DNA of 64,000 nucleotides from an uncultured Acidobacteriota bacterium (GCA_963748295.1 CAVVIH010000001.1:238021-302020), one strand, 5' to 3'; shown: positions 9,358 through 20,344, counted from the stretch's first letter. Notes: generated by a model from the sequence alone, not told the origin. A program made the numbers and translations.

Positions 9358-12207
9358 ATGAGCCGCGTTCTGCTGCTGGCCGCGGCGGTTTGCGTGTCGC
9401 TGTCCGCGCAGACCGTCTCCCCGTCGCCGCGAGGCGCGCGCGATCCGGCGTGGTCTCCCGACGGCCGCAGGCTCGCGCTCTCGTTCCTCGATCAGATTTG
9501 GATCTCGTCACCCGAAGGGCGCGATGGGCGCGCGCTGCGCGCGGCCGAAGCCGCCGTGGAACGCGATCCGGCGTGGTCGCCTGACGGGAAGTCGATCGCG
9601 TTCGCCGCCGACAGCGGTCGCGGATTCGACATCTTCGTTGCGCCCGCCGGCGGCGGCGTCGCGAAGCAGATCTCCAGGCTCGACGGCGACGAACGGTGGC
9701 CGGGCTGGACGCGCGACGGCCGGCTCGTGTTCTCGCACCGCGACGCCGCCCGCTGGCGGCTGTTCGCCGTCAACGCCAGCGGCGACGGTCAGCCGCAGCC
9801 GCTCTTCCCTGACACCGCGAACGACGACGAGCGCGAAGGCGAAGTATCGCCCGACGGCAAGCGCGTCGCCTACGTGTCCGATCGCGATTCGGAAGACGGC
9901 GACTCCGATCTGTGGGTCGCGGATCTCGCGCTGGGGCCGCGCGATCGCGTGAACAGGACGCGCGTCGCCCGCATACGCGGACTCGAGGGATATCCAACCT
10001 GGGCGCCTGACGGCGGACGCATCGCCTACTTCGCCGTCCGCGAGGGCCTCGGATCGGTCTGGGTGTCGCCGATCGAAGACACGCCGGCGCGCGACGAGGA
10101 GTCCACCGCGCCGGCGCGGCCGAGGCCGGCGGCGCAACCGGTGCTCGTTTCGCGGCGAGGCGGCATGCCGGCGTGGTCGCCTGACGGCAAACGCCTCGCG
10201 GTGTCGCAGCTCCCGGCAGCCGACCCGACCTACAACGGCAATCCCGAGCGCAACGGCGACGACCCGCCGCCGCTGTTTGCCTCGCCGGAAGCATTCCGTC
10301 TCTGGCTCGTCGACGCGCCGCTGCCGGTTGACGCCGGCGCCCGTGAAATCACCTCCGCCGCGCCTCGTCCCGAGCAGCTGGCTGGCGCGTTCGATCGCGT
10401 CTGGGAGACGCTGCGCAAGCTCTATTACACCGACGGACCGTCGGCCGCCGAATGGCAGCAGCTGCGGTCGAAGTACCGGCCGCAAGCGGCGGCGGCACGC
10501 GACGAGGCCGCCGTCGAAACGGTGATCGACGCGATGATCGCGGAGCAGCCGCTGATCAAACCGGCGGTCAGCTCTGAGCGCGCCGTCGTGGTTTCCGGCC
10601 ATCCGCTTGCGTCGCGCGCAGGTCTCCTCGCGCTGCAGCGCGGCGGCAACATCGTCGATGCGGCGATTGCCGCCTCGTTCGCCCTTGGCGTCGTCGAACC
10701 GGACGCGTCGGGAATCGGCGGCGACGGGATGGCCGTCGTGTATCTGCGGGGGATGGCGGAACCGGTCGTCATCGAATACAAGGACCAGGTTCCGATTCAC
10801 GCAACGCGCGAAAACCCGCTGCTGACGGCGGGCACCGGCGACGGACCCGCGGCCGCGAACATTCCCGGCGTCGTGGCGGGCCTCGACGCGCTCTATCGGA
10901 AGTTTGGCAGCAAGAAAGTTGAGTGGGCGGAGCTGATCGCACCCGCGATCGAGTACGCGGAGAAGGGATATGCGCTCGACGAAGCGCTGCCGACGTCGAT
11001 CGCCGAGGGACGGAGCTACTTCCAGAAGTATCCGGCGGCGGCGCGCATCTACTTGCCCGGGGGCAAGCTGCCGCGGCCCGGCGATACGTTCGTGAACAAG
11101 GACTACGCCGCGACGCTGCGCACGATTGCGAACGAAGGGGCCGACGCGTTCTACCGCGGTTCGATTGCCCGCCGCATCGCCGACGACATGGCGAAGAACG
11201 GCGGGCTGATCACGCTCGACGATCTCGCGCAATACCGCGCAATCGAGCGGCGTCCCCTCGTCGGGCGCTACCGCGATCACGTCGTCTACAGCGCGCCGCC
11301 GCCGGTATCGACCGGCGCGCAGCTCGTCGAAACCCTCCAGATCCTGCAGAACTACGCGCCGAACGGCGCCGCTTACGCCGCCAGCGCGGACTTCCTCCAT
11401 TACGCGATCGAATCGTGGAAGGTCCGCGATCAGTCGCCGCGCATCGCCGATCCCGGTCTGTTCGAAGTGAGCCTGGGTCCGCACCTCGATGCTGCCCACG
11501 CCGCGTCGCTGTTCAAGCGCATCGATCCGAAGAAGGCGTCACGCGATCGCAATCAAGCAGGCGACGGCGAGAGGCCCGAGCGGATCGGCCGCGGGACGAC
11601 GGCGTTCGCCGTCGCCGATGCCGAGGGCAACATGATTGCCGTCACGCAGACGCTCAGCACGTGGGGCGGCACGTTCTACGTGTCCGACGGCCTTGGGTTC
11701 CTCTACAACAATCATCTGCGGTTCGGCGGCGGCGGAGCGCCCGGACGCTTCCTTCCGCTCGCGCGCTCATCTTCAACGAGTGTTCCGACGCTGCTGTTCC
11801 GCGCGCCGGCAACCGGAAATGGACCCGGCTCTCCCCGGCTGGCGGTTGCGGCCGCCGGCAACGCATGGATCCCAGCGTCCGTGTACGAAATCATCCTCAA
11901 CGTCGTCGACGGGGGGATGCCGGTGCAGAAGGCGATCGAAGCGCCGCGCTTCCTGATCGGCCGCGATCCTTCGGAGCCGGGCGCGAGCCGCATGCAGATC
12001 GAGGATCGGATCCCGCGCGGCATCCTCGAGGACCTCATGGCGCGGGGCCACCGCTTCCAGAAGATCGGACGCAAAGGCGAAGTTCGCTACGGGTACGCCG
12101 CTGCCGTCACCGTCGATTCGGACGCTCGCCGTGTTCACGGCGGAGCCGAGCCGCGCCGATCCCACGCCGCGGCCGGCATGGGCGCGTCCCCCTCCAGCAG
12201 CCGCTAA
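9358..12207 (+). CDS. signal peptide + PD40/TolB-like beta-propeller + S41-N-like helical segment + gamma-glutamyltranspeptidase (fusion)
   Basis: Intact 949-aa ORF. PAWSPDG-type motifs recur (DPAWSPDGRRLA, DPAWSPDGKSIAF, EVSPDGKRVAY, PTWAPDGGRIAY, PAWSPDGKRLAV). A middle segment reads FDRVWETLRKLYYTDGPSAAEWQQLRSKYRPQAAAARDE. The GGT core has VVVSGHPLASRAGLLALQRGGNIVDAAIAASFALGVVEPDASGIGGDG and the nucleophile region GRGTTAFAVADAEGNMIAVTQTLSTWGG. Confidence 0.8.
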   Translation: MSRVLLLAAAVCVSLSAQTVSPSPRGARDPAWSPDGRRLALSFLDQIWISSPEGRDGRALRAAEAAVERDPAWSPDGKSIAFAADSGRGFDIFVAPAGGGVAKQISRLDGDERWPGWTRDGRLVFSHRDAARWRLFAVNASGDGQPQPLFPDTANDDEREGEVSPDGKRVAYVSDRDSEDGDSDLWVADLALGPRDRVNRTRVARIRGLEGYPTWAPDGGRIAYFAVREGLGSVWVSPIEDTPARDEESTAPARPRPAAQPVLVSRRGGMPAWSPDGKRLAVSQLPAADPTYNGNPERNGDDPPPLFASPEAFRLWLVDAPLPVDAGAREITSAAPRPEQLAGAFDRVWETLRKLYYTDGPSAAEWQQLRSKYRPQAAAARDEAAVETVIDAMIAEQPLIKPAVSSERAVVVSGHPLASRAGLLALQRGGNIVDAAIAASFALGVVEPDASGIGGDGMAVVYLRGMAEPVVIEYKDQVPIHATRENPLLTAGTGDGPAAANIPGVVAGLDALYRKFGSKKVEWAELIAPAIEYAEKGYALDEALPTSIAEGRSYFQKYPAAARIYLPGGKLPRPGDTFVNKDYAATLRTIANEGADAFYRGSIARRIADDMAKNGGLITLDDLAQYRAIERRPLVGRYRDHVVYSAPPPVSTGAQLVETLQILQNYAPNGAAYAASADFLHYAIESWKVRDQSPRIADPGLFEVSLGPHLDAAHAASLFKRIDPKKASRDRNQAGDGERPERIGRGTTAFAVADAEGNMIAVTQTLSTWGGTFYVSDGLGFLYNNHLRFGGGGAPGRFLPLARSSSTSVPTLLFRAPATGNGPGSPRLAVAAAGNAWIPASVYEIILNVVDGGMPVQKAIEAPRFLIGRDPSEPGASRMQIEDRIPRGILEDLMARGHRFQKIGRKGEVRYGYAAAVTVDSDARRVHGGAEPRRSHAAAGMGASPSSSR

Positions 12208-12316
12208 AGCGTGGCGGGGTCCCCCGCCGATTGACGTTCTACCGGTTAGCGGGCCGGCGTCGATCCAGGCTCGTCTTCAATCCGATGTGTGGATTGAATG
12301 CGCAAGGGAGGGACCC

Positions 12317-12917
12317 ATGGTTCGGCGCTCGGTTCTCGTGCAGTGTGTCGCTGGCGTTCTAGTAGTTTGGCTGGTTTCCGCGTCGCTGGCATCCGCGCGC
12401 GAGACAACCAAACAGATACTCCAGAGAATCGAAGAGACGCTGGCGCAGATCATTACGCTGGTCACCCCGCCTCCACCTCCACCACCGCCGGTGGCGGTGA
12501 ATCGGTACGAGGCTGTTGTTCCCGTTCGTCACCAACCAGGCTGGATGGGACACGGCTATCACCGTGGCGAATACGGGCAGAGACAGCACGGGTGTCGTTG
12601 GCGTTGCCGGACTCTGCGCGATTCACTACTTCGGTGCAACTCCGACTGGGTCTACATTTCCTCGGCAAACGACGAGCACCCCGATTGCGGTCGGCGACCA
12701 CCTGCGCCTCACTATCAGTGGTGGCGGCAGCCACGGGATTGCGGCCACGCCGAATTTTCAGGGGTACGTCGAAGTGGACTGCCAGTTTCCGTACGCCCAC
12801 GGCTACGGGCTTGTGACCGATGGACCGGTAGGCTCGGCCAGGATCGGCGGCACGGTGCAGGCCCTGGTGCTTCCGCATACGCGAACGAGGTTCGCCGCGG
12901 AATCCCTCGGACAGTAG
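12317..12917 (+). CDS. secreted hypothetical protein with a Pro8 tract (frame break near 12500)
   Basis: AAGGGAGGGA lies upstream of the ATG at 12317. It reads MVRRSVLVQCVAGVLVVWLVSASLASA (signal-like) ...LVTPPPPPPPPVAVNRYE. The shifted frame (ORF 12516..12917) then gives FPFVTNQAGWDTAITVANTGRDSTG...FQGYVEVDCQFPYAHGYGLV. Confidence 0.5.
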
Positions 12918-12938
12918 AACGCCGCGCGCAAGGCCGCG

Positions 12939-15900
12939 TTACGCCGGCACGGCGTCCGCGGCCCTGCCCATCTTGAACAACCCTTCGAAGACCTGCCGCA
13001 GGAGATCGGGACGCTCGCCGAGCGCCTCGATGAGGTCTTCGTGATCGATCCGCAGCGCGACGCCGCCGCGACGAATGTCAGCCGAGCGGCCGAGCGGACG
13101 TCCAGCCATCGTGACGATCGAGCCGATGACGTCGCCGGATTTCGCCACCACCGAGGGGGCCCCCGACGAGCTCTCCAGCGACACTTCGCCCGACATGATC
13201 AGCCAGAGTGCCGGCGCCGCAGATTCCGGGAAGAGCGCCTCCCCGGCTTTCATGTTCACTGTCTTGGCGATGTTGGCCAGATGCCGCATCTCGTCCGCCG
13301 AGACGCGCGAGAAGAGCGGAATGTGCTGCAGGGCGAGCACCTTCTCGATTGGCGAGAGCCCGGCCCCTGCCAGCAGCTCGAGATCGCGCGCGCCCGACAC
13401 GGCGTGCACCGGAACGTCGGGTTCGGTGAGCCGGTCGGCGAGCGTCGCGAACAGTCCGCTCACGAAGTCGCCGTTGTCCGCCAGCAGCGTGCGAAGCTCG
13501 TCGACGGTGAGCACGAGCGTCACCGCCACACCGTTGGCGCGGACGGTCTCGGCGCTGGGCGTGCCCTGCAGCGCCTCCGCGAAGCCGATTGCGGAGGGCG
13601 CATGCAGCGTGCGCGGTTGCCCGGCGCGGCTCGAACAGGTGACCTGTCCGTCGAGCAGCAGGTGAGACGCGGTGGGCACCAACCCTTCCTGCACGAGCAC
13701 GGTGCCGGATTCGTGCCGCACCTGGCGGGAAGCACCCGCGACGCGGAAGAGCTCATCGACGGTCACCGACTTGAAGAGCGGCAGGTCGCGGAGACGAACC
13801 GCCAGCTCCGCGGCCGGCAGCGGCTCGAGCCAGAGCTCGCGGCGGCGTTCCGCCGGCATGCGGAACTCCGCCAGCGTCCATGACGCGGCCTCGAACACGT
13901 ACCAGTCGCGGACGTCGCGGTGCGCCAGCACGTGCTCGATGTCGTCTGACAGCGAGGTGATCTTCTGCTGGCGCGCGACCTCGATCGCCGAGGCCGCCAC
14001 CACCTGATCCTCGTCGTTGATCAATTGCAGCAGCGTCTCTTCGACGTCGCGGGGCCGCGTTCTCAGCAGCACGTTGGCGCGGCGGACTTTCTCCTCGAGC
14101 GGCATCTCCTCGAGCACCGGCATGATGCGCTTCCGCAACTGGCCGCCGAGGACGTTGTCGAGATACTCCGACGCACTGGCGCGGCTGCGCGAGTCCCCGT
14201 GCTCGATCGTCCATCGTGCCGCCACGATGTCCCGCCAGGGATACAAAAGCTGGAGCAGCAGGTAGGTCCGATTGATCATGCGCTCCATCTTCTGCGAGAG
14301 CGCCTGCGAGAGCAGCGAGTCGGCGGAAAGGCCGCCCTTTCCGAACAGGTTGTAGTGCAGCGACAGGTACTCGAAATACGTTCTCGACTGCTTCAGAGCC
14401 AGAGCCTCGACCGGCTCGCGGCGGAACGTCAGCTCCGGATGATCGCGGCGCAGTTTCGCCAGCGCCGAAACGACCTTGTAGCGGAGGAAGCCGTCGGGTT
14501 CCTCCAGCGCGCCGATCAGGACGTCGACGCTCTTCTGTGCGGGAATCTGCGCGAGCGTGGCGGGAATGTGCCGGCGCACCCAGACATCCTCGTCGGGATC
14601 GCGCATGAAATGCGCGAGGGCGTCGACCACGGGCTCACCGTAACTGACGAGCACCGCCCTGGCGCGTCCCTTCAGGCGCCTGTCGCGGAGCAGCGACACG
14701 AGCGTCGGGACGAACACGAAGTCGTTCGAGCCGGCGGCGCGCACGCTTTCCATCGCCTCGTCGGCGACCTCGGGCGCGGAGTCGTAGAGCAGTGGAATCA
14801 GCAGCCGCCTGAACCGCGGGTTTGCTATCTGCCTGACCGCGGCCGCCACATCGCGCCGCGCATCGCGCGCGCTGTCCTGCGCATCGCCGGCGAGCGTAGC
14901 GAGCGCCGACTCGGCGGCATCGACATCATCGGCCCGATCGCTGCCGGCGAGCGCAATCGCCGCGGTCGCCCTGACCCGCGGATCCGGCTCCGCCATGAGC
15001 GGCCGCGCCAGCGACGGCGCGTCCTCGCTGCTGATCGACGACAGCGCCCCGATCGCCGCCGCCCGGACAGCCGAATCGGGATCGCCGAGCATCCGGCGGA
15101 TCTGCGGCACCCACTGTGCGGCGATGTCGCTGCGGACCGAGCCCAGCGCCGCCAGCGCACGCGATCGAACGCTCGGCGAGCCGTGATACAGCAGCAGCGG
15201 CGTCACCAGGTTCCGCTTGTCGAGCGATTCGAGCACGTCGATCGCATAGACGACGCGCCCGGGATCGGGATGGGCCAGCTCCTCGACCAGCGTTTCGATC
15301 GTCGAGAGGTCGGCGCCGCTCAGCCGCACGAGCTCGGGCTGCACGACCTTCTCCTGGATGCTGCGACGGAACGCCTCGACGTATCCGCGCTTGGCGCGCA
15401 GCGCCGCCGCAATCCAGAGACCCATCACCGCCAGGCTCGCGTAGCTGATCTGGTACCACGTGAGGTTCAGACCCCAGGGCTTGATCAACACCAGCAACAG
15501 CAGCGCCGCGGCGGCGCGGCCGAACCGGTCCACGGTGACGTCGACAAACGGCTTCGCCTTCTGCTTGATCTCGGGCGGCAGCGGCAGGAACAGAATCTCG
15601 CGCGACGTCTTGTCGACGGTATAGCGCAGCGACTTGTCCAGGACCCGCGCGAACATGGGTGCCCACAGGGCGGGGTAGAGCAGAATGGTCACGGCAGTGA
15701 TGCCGAGACCCACCGGCAGGATCATCAGCGCGAAGCCGACGCCGAGCAGACGGTGAATCCGGCTCGTCAGCCATACCTGGATGACGAATCCAATTACCGA
15801 AACCCACACCTGGACCTGGGCGAGCGTTTCTGTGATCGCGTCCGTTTCGCCGCGTCCCTTGAATGCCTCGACCGCCATGTTGAGCTGCTGGTCGATGATC

Positions 15901-16641
15901 CCCGCGCCGATCGACATCATGCGCGATCGTCAGCGCGATGATCTGGAGGTGCTTCGATTGGCGGAGCATTCGAAACGCTTCTCCGCCGCCGACCCCTTTC
16001 TCTTCCCCTGCGCTCTCGAGCCCGACGAAGTCCACGCTGCCGACGCGGCGGATGATGACGACCACCAACAGCGCGCACAGGGCGAGCAGGATTGCGCTGA
16101 CCAGTACCAGTTGCCGGCTGCCGATCTCCTGCGCGAAGAATGCGGACAGACTGGCGCCCGCCGCGCCTCCGGCGGTGGAGCCGCCGCCGATGAATCCAAA
16201 CAGCCGCTTGGCGGCGCGCGCGTCGTAGATCAGGTTGGCCAGCGTCCAGAACTGGCTGATGAGCAGCACCGCGTAGATCTGCCCGAACAGGTAGAACGCG
16301 ACATCGACCCAATCCTGGCCGGCTGCCAGCATGATCCAGAAGAAGAGCAGCAGCCCGACCATTCCCGCCTGAGTGAGCGGAACGATCCAGCGGCCCGGCA
16401 GTTTGCTTCCGAGCTTGCTGTAGCCCTGCATGATCAGCCCGACGATGAATGCCGAAACCAGCAGGATGTAAGGCAGGTTTTCAGAGCCGAGCGAGCTGAT
16501 GAACCGCGAGCGCGTAATCGGCTGCACGATGTTGTAGGCAGCCATCGCGAGAAACGAGTAGCCGAACATCATCAGCGCGCCCGTGACTTCTTCGCGTCGC
16601 AGCTCGACGACCGGCGACAGGAGCTTTTGCAGCAGAGACAT
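12939..16641 (-). CDS. TLC/Npt1-like polytopic transporter + HEAT repeats + two cyclic-nucleotide-binding domains (frame break near 15915)
   Basis: N-terminal part in ORF 14926..16641 (VELRREEVTGALMMFGYSFLAMAAYNIVQPITRSRFISSLGSENLPYILL...FWTLANLIYDARAAKRLFGFIGGGSTAGG). The rest is in ORF 12939..15920: more TM segments, then HEAT-like units (SPSVRSRALAALG, DPDSAVRAAAIGAL, DPRVRATAAIALA, DEDVWVRRHIPATLA). Two cNMP-like domains follow (LRDLPLFKSVTVDELFRVAG...; LQHIPLFSRVSADEMRHLANI...GEALFPE...WLIMSGEVSL). Confidence 0.75.
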
Positions 16642-16739
16642 GATTCCCTCTGAGGAGCGCTCCGGACCTTCTGCTTGTGGTGGATAAAGACCTTACAGCC
16701 TAAGCGATGCGGAAACTGAAGTAAACTGCGGCCCAGCCG

Positions 16740-19565
16740 ATGCTGCAGCGGGTCCGCCGGTTCTTCGATATCAGGCCCGGCGAGGGTCTGCCCACCCTGC
16801 TCACCTTCGTCTACATCGCGGTCGTCGTGGCGGCATACCTGCTCGCCAAGCCGATCCGCAACGGCCTGTTCCTGCAGGAATACGACGCCTACGCGCTGGT
16901 TTACATCTACGCGGCGGTGCCGGTCGTCCTGACCCTCTTCGTTCGCGCCTACTCGCCGATTGTCGGGCGCTTCGGGTCGCGGCTGGTGACGGTAGGGACG
17001 CTCGTGTTCTTCAGCTCGAACGTCGTGCTCTTCTGGCTGGCATTCCGGCTGTTTCCGTTTCCGCTCCTCACCGCCATCTTCTACGTATGGGTCAACTGCT
17101 TTGCGGCGATTGCCCCCGTCCAGGCCTGGAGCTTTACCAACTCGCTCTTCGACACGAGGCAGGCGAAGCGGCTGTTCGGCTTGATCGGATCCGGAGCGTC
17201 GTTCGGCGCCATCACCGGGGGCGTTCTTGCGCGCTATCTGGTCGAGCCGGTCGGCGGATCGATCAATCTGCTGCTGGTCCTCGCGGCGCTCATCCTCGTC
17301 GCGGCGATCGTCGTGCTCGTCGCGCACGCACGCGTGCGCCGGACCGGACTCATACGACTCGGCCGTCCGACCGTGCCCCGGTTCCGGCAGACGCTCGGCG
17401 AAATCGCCGAGAACCCGTACCTGCGATTGATGGCCGTCCTCGTGTTTCTGTCCGCCATCGTCACGCAGTGGGCCGGCATGCAGCTGAACATCGTCGCGGA
17501 CGCGCGGTTCGGCGGCAACGCGGATGAGCTGACGCGGTTCTTCGGCACCTTCAACTTCATTCTGGGTTCGTGCAGTTTCGTCGTACAGCTGTTCGCCACG
17601 AGCAGCGCGCTGCGGCGGTTCGGCCTTGCGGTGACGATTCTCACGCTGCCGCTCTCGCTCGGGTTCGGCAGCCTGCTGATCGTGCTGCTCCCCGCATTCT
17701 GGTCCGTGCTGCTCACCAACGCGTTCGATCAGGCGTTCCGCTTCTCCGTCGACCGCCCCACCTACGAGCTTCTGTATCTGCCGCTCGCGCCCGCCCAGCG
17801 TGTTCACATCAAGAACGCGATCGACATCGTCGTCAACCGGATCGCCGACGCGATCGGCGCGGTGATTTTCGGCGTCGCCACGATCGGATTCTTCTTCCTG
17901 CCGGGACTCGGGCTCGGGCTCACCGGCACCGCCGTGCTCAGCCTGATTGCGATTGCGATGTGGGGCGTCGTGGCCTGGCGGCTGCGCGCCGAGTACGTCC
18001 GCACGATCCAGGAGAGCATTCATCGTCACCGGCTCGATACCGAACGGACCGCGCGCAGCGTCGTCGAGCGCTCGGCCGCCGAGGCGCTTCGAACGAAGCT
18101 GGCGGCAACCGACCCCATCGAAGTGCGCTACGCGCTCGGGCTGCTCGAGATTCAGCAGACACGAAGCTGGCATCCGCTGCTCTCCCAGCTGCTGCAGCAT
18201 CCGGAGCCCGACATCAGGCGCCGTGCGCTGGCGCTCCTCAGCAGCGCGGGCGCCAGGGAGGTTGCAGACGATGTGGTCCGCCTGCTGCGGGATCCGGATA
18301 TCGGCGTTCGGACCGAAGCGCTGTTGTATCTCTCACGCGAAATGGGCATCGATCCGCTCACACGGATCCAGGAGCTCGGCGACTTCGACGATTTCTCGAT
18401 TCGCGCCGGAATGGCCGCGTTTCTCGCCTCGCCGGGGCCGTCGCAGAACCTCGTCGCGGCCCGCGCGCTGTTCGAGGCGATGGCGCACAGGGAAGGCGGC
18501 GCCGGCGTAAGGGATCGGATCGAAGCGGCGCGGCTCCTGGCGCTGGTTCCCAGCGAGTTCGACGATCTCCTTGCCAAGCTGCTGCTCGATGAAGAGGAGG
18601 AAGTGGCGCGCCAGGCGGTGCGCTCCGCGCGCGTTCTCGCGTCCGAAGCGCTCGTTGGGCCTCTGATCGCCACGCTCGCGCGTCAGGAGCTGGCGGACGA
18701 GGCTGCCGAAGCGCTCGCGAGGCTGGGGAATGCGATTGTTCCGGAGATTGCCCGGCGGCTGCGCGACGAATCAGAGAATCTCGAGATTCGCAGGGAGCTG
18801 CCGGGCGTGCTGGTGCGCATCGGGACGACCCAGGCGGAGCACGTGCTGATCGACAGTCTGCTGCACGCGGACACCACGCTCCGGCATCGCGTGGTGGCAT
18901 CGCTCAACAAGATGCGCGCCGTCCATCCCGACGTGCGGATCGATCCGAACACCATCGAGCTGCTGCTCGCGGCCGAGATCGCCGGCCATTACCGTTCGTA
19001 TCAGCTGCTCGGCCCGCTGCAGCGTCAGATGCCGGAGTCGGATCCGGTGCTCCAGGCCATGCGGCACTCGATGGAGCAGGAGCTCGAGCGCATCTTCCGG
19101 CTGATGAACCTGCTCTACACACAGGAAGGACTGCACGACGCGTACGTCGGGCTGCGCGCCTCGAACCCGGCGATTCGCGCGAACGCGCTCGAGTTCCTCG
19201 ACAACGTGCTGAAGCCGGAGCTGCGCCCGCTGCTCGTTCCGCTCCTCGATTCGCAGGTCACGATCCAGGAGCGCATCGCGATCGCTGATCGCCTCGTCGG
19301 CGCGCCGGTCGAGACCGCGGAGCAGGCGGTGGCGACGCTGCTCGCGAGCGAGGACTCCTGGCTGCGATCGTGCGCCGTGTATGCGGTCGGCACCCTGCAG
19401 CTGCACGGGCTCGACGAGACGCTCCGGCGTTTCGAAACGACAGGCGACGTTGTGTTGCGGGAAAGCGTGCGGACCGCGCGCCGGCGGCTCGCCGGAGAGG
19501 CGGAGCCTGCGCCGCTGCAGGAGCCGGCGCCGGCGGATCTGGGCATGGGCGTCGGGGCTGGGTAG
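16740..19565 (+). CDS. TLC/Npt1-like transporter + HEAT repeats (paralog without cNMP domains)
   Basis: Intact 941-aa ORF. DIRPGEGLPTLLTFVYIAVVVAAYLLAKPIRNGLFLQEYDAYALVYIY...AWSFTNSLFDTRQAKRLFGLIGSGASFGA. HEAT-like units include EPDIRRRALALLS, DPDIGVRTEALLYL, EEEVARQAVRSA, NPAIRANALEFLD and DSWLRSCAVYAVG. It is colinear with the N-terminal two-thirds of the divergent neighbour. Confidence 0.8.
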   Translation: MLQRVRRFFDIRPGEGLPTLLTFVYIAVVVAAYLLAKPIRNGLFLQEYDAYALVYIYAAVPVVLTLFVRAYSPIVGRFGSRLVTVGTLVFFSSNVVLFWLAFRLFPFPLLTAIFYVWVNCFAAIAPVQAWSFTNSLFDTRQAKRLFGLIGSGASFGAITGGVLARYLVEPVGGSINLLLVLAALILVAAIVVLVAHARVRRTGLIRLGRPTVPRFRQTLGEIAENPYLRLMAVLVFLSAIVTQWAGMQLNIVADARFGGNADELTRFFGTFNFILGSCSFVVQLFATSSALRRFGLAVTILTLPLSLGFGSLLIVLLPAFWSVLLTNAFDQAFRFSVDRPTYELLYLPLAPAQRVHIKNAIDIVVNRIADAIGAVIFGVATIGFFFLPGLGLGLTGTAVLSLIAIAMWGVVAWRLRAEYVRTIQESIHRHRLDTERTARSVVERSAAEALRTKLAATDPIEVRYALGLLEIQQTRSWHPLLSQLLQHPEPDIRRRALALLSSAGAREVADDVVRLLRDPDIGVRTEALLYLSREMGIDPLTRIQELGDFDDFSIRAGMAAFLASPGPSQNLVAARALFEAMAHREGGAGVRDRIEAARLLALVPSEFDDLLAKLLLDEEEEVARQAVRSARVLASEALVGPLIATLARQELADEAAEALARLGNAIVPEIARRLRDESENLEIRRELPGVLVRIGTTQAEHVLIDSLLHADTTLRHRVVASLNKMRAVHPDVRIDPNTIELLLAAEIAGHYRSYQLLGPLQRQMPESDPVLQAMRHSMEQELERIFRLMNLLYTQEGLHDAYVGLRASNPAIRANALEFLDNVLKPELRPLLVPLLDSQVTIQERIAIADRLVGAPVETAEQAVATLLASEDSWLRSCAVYAVGTLQLHGLDETLRRFETTGDVVLRESVRTARRRLAGEAEPAPLQEPAPADLGMGVGAG

Positions 19566-19570
19566 GTCGC

Positions 19571-20344
19571 CTAAGGCTTCTGTCCCGGCGTTGGCGCCAG
19601 CTCGCGCTTGTGCTCGGTCGCGCGGATCATCCGTTCGAGGCGCAGCGCGAGCGCTGGCGCCACCGAATCAGGTCCACCGGTCAGATACCGCTCGAGCTCG
19701 GCGTAGGTGAACCCCATCTCTTCCTCATCGGTCTGCCCGAGCCAGAGGCCAGCGCTCGGCGCTTTGTCGATGACGGGCTGCGGGACACCCAGCTCGCGGG
19801 CGAACGACCGCACGTCGCTTTTCAGCAGGTCGCCAATCGGCAGCACGTCGACGCCGCCGTCGCCGTACTTCGTGAAATATCCGATCGTCAACTCGGCGCG
19901 GTTTCCGGTCCCCGCGACCAGATAGTTCAGCGAGTTCGCGACGAAGTACAGAGTTGACATCCGCAGGCGCGGCTTGACGTTGGCGACGGGCACGCGGGAC
20001 TTGATGTCGCCGCTGCCGGGTGTCTCGGGCCACATGTCCGCCGGCAGACTGCGCACGCCGTCGCGCACCACGGCAATCAGCCGGTCGTAGGGATCGCCCA
20101 GGTCCACTCGCACCACCGGCACGCCGAAATGCTCGGCGACCAACCGCGCATCCGCTTCATCACGTGGATCGCTGTGGCACGGCATGATGACGCCTGCCAC
20201 CTGGCCCGGAACCGCCATCTGACACAGCCGCACGACGACCGCCGAATCGATCCCGCCGCTGAGGCCGACGACGAATCCGCGCGCGCCGGCGTCGTTGACA
20301 CGTTGACGTAACCACTCGGCGATCTGCGCCGTCGTTGTGCTCAT
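19571..20344 (-). CDS. nadE: NH3-dependent NAD+ synthetase
   Basis: GFVVGLSGGIDSAVVVRLC (PP-loop SGGxDS), TGNRAELTIGYFTKYGDGGVDVLPIGDLLKSDVRSFARELGVP. Confidence 0.85.
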   Translation of the reverse strand: MSTTTAQIAEWLRQRVNDAGARGFVVGLSGGIDSAVVVRLCQMAVPGQVAGVIMPCHSDPRDEADARLVAEHFGVPVVRVDLGDPYDRLIAVVRDGVRSLPADMWPETPGSGDIKSRVPVANVKPRLRMSTLYFVANSLNYLVAGTGNRAELTIGYFTKYGDGGVDVLPIGDLLKSDVRSFARELGVPQPVIDKAPSAGLWLGQTDEEEMGFTYAELERYLTGGPDSVAPALALRLERMIRATEHKRELAPTPGQKP

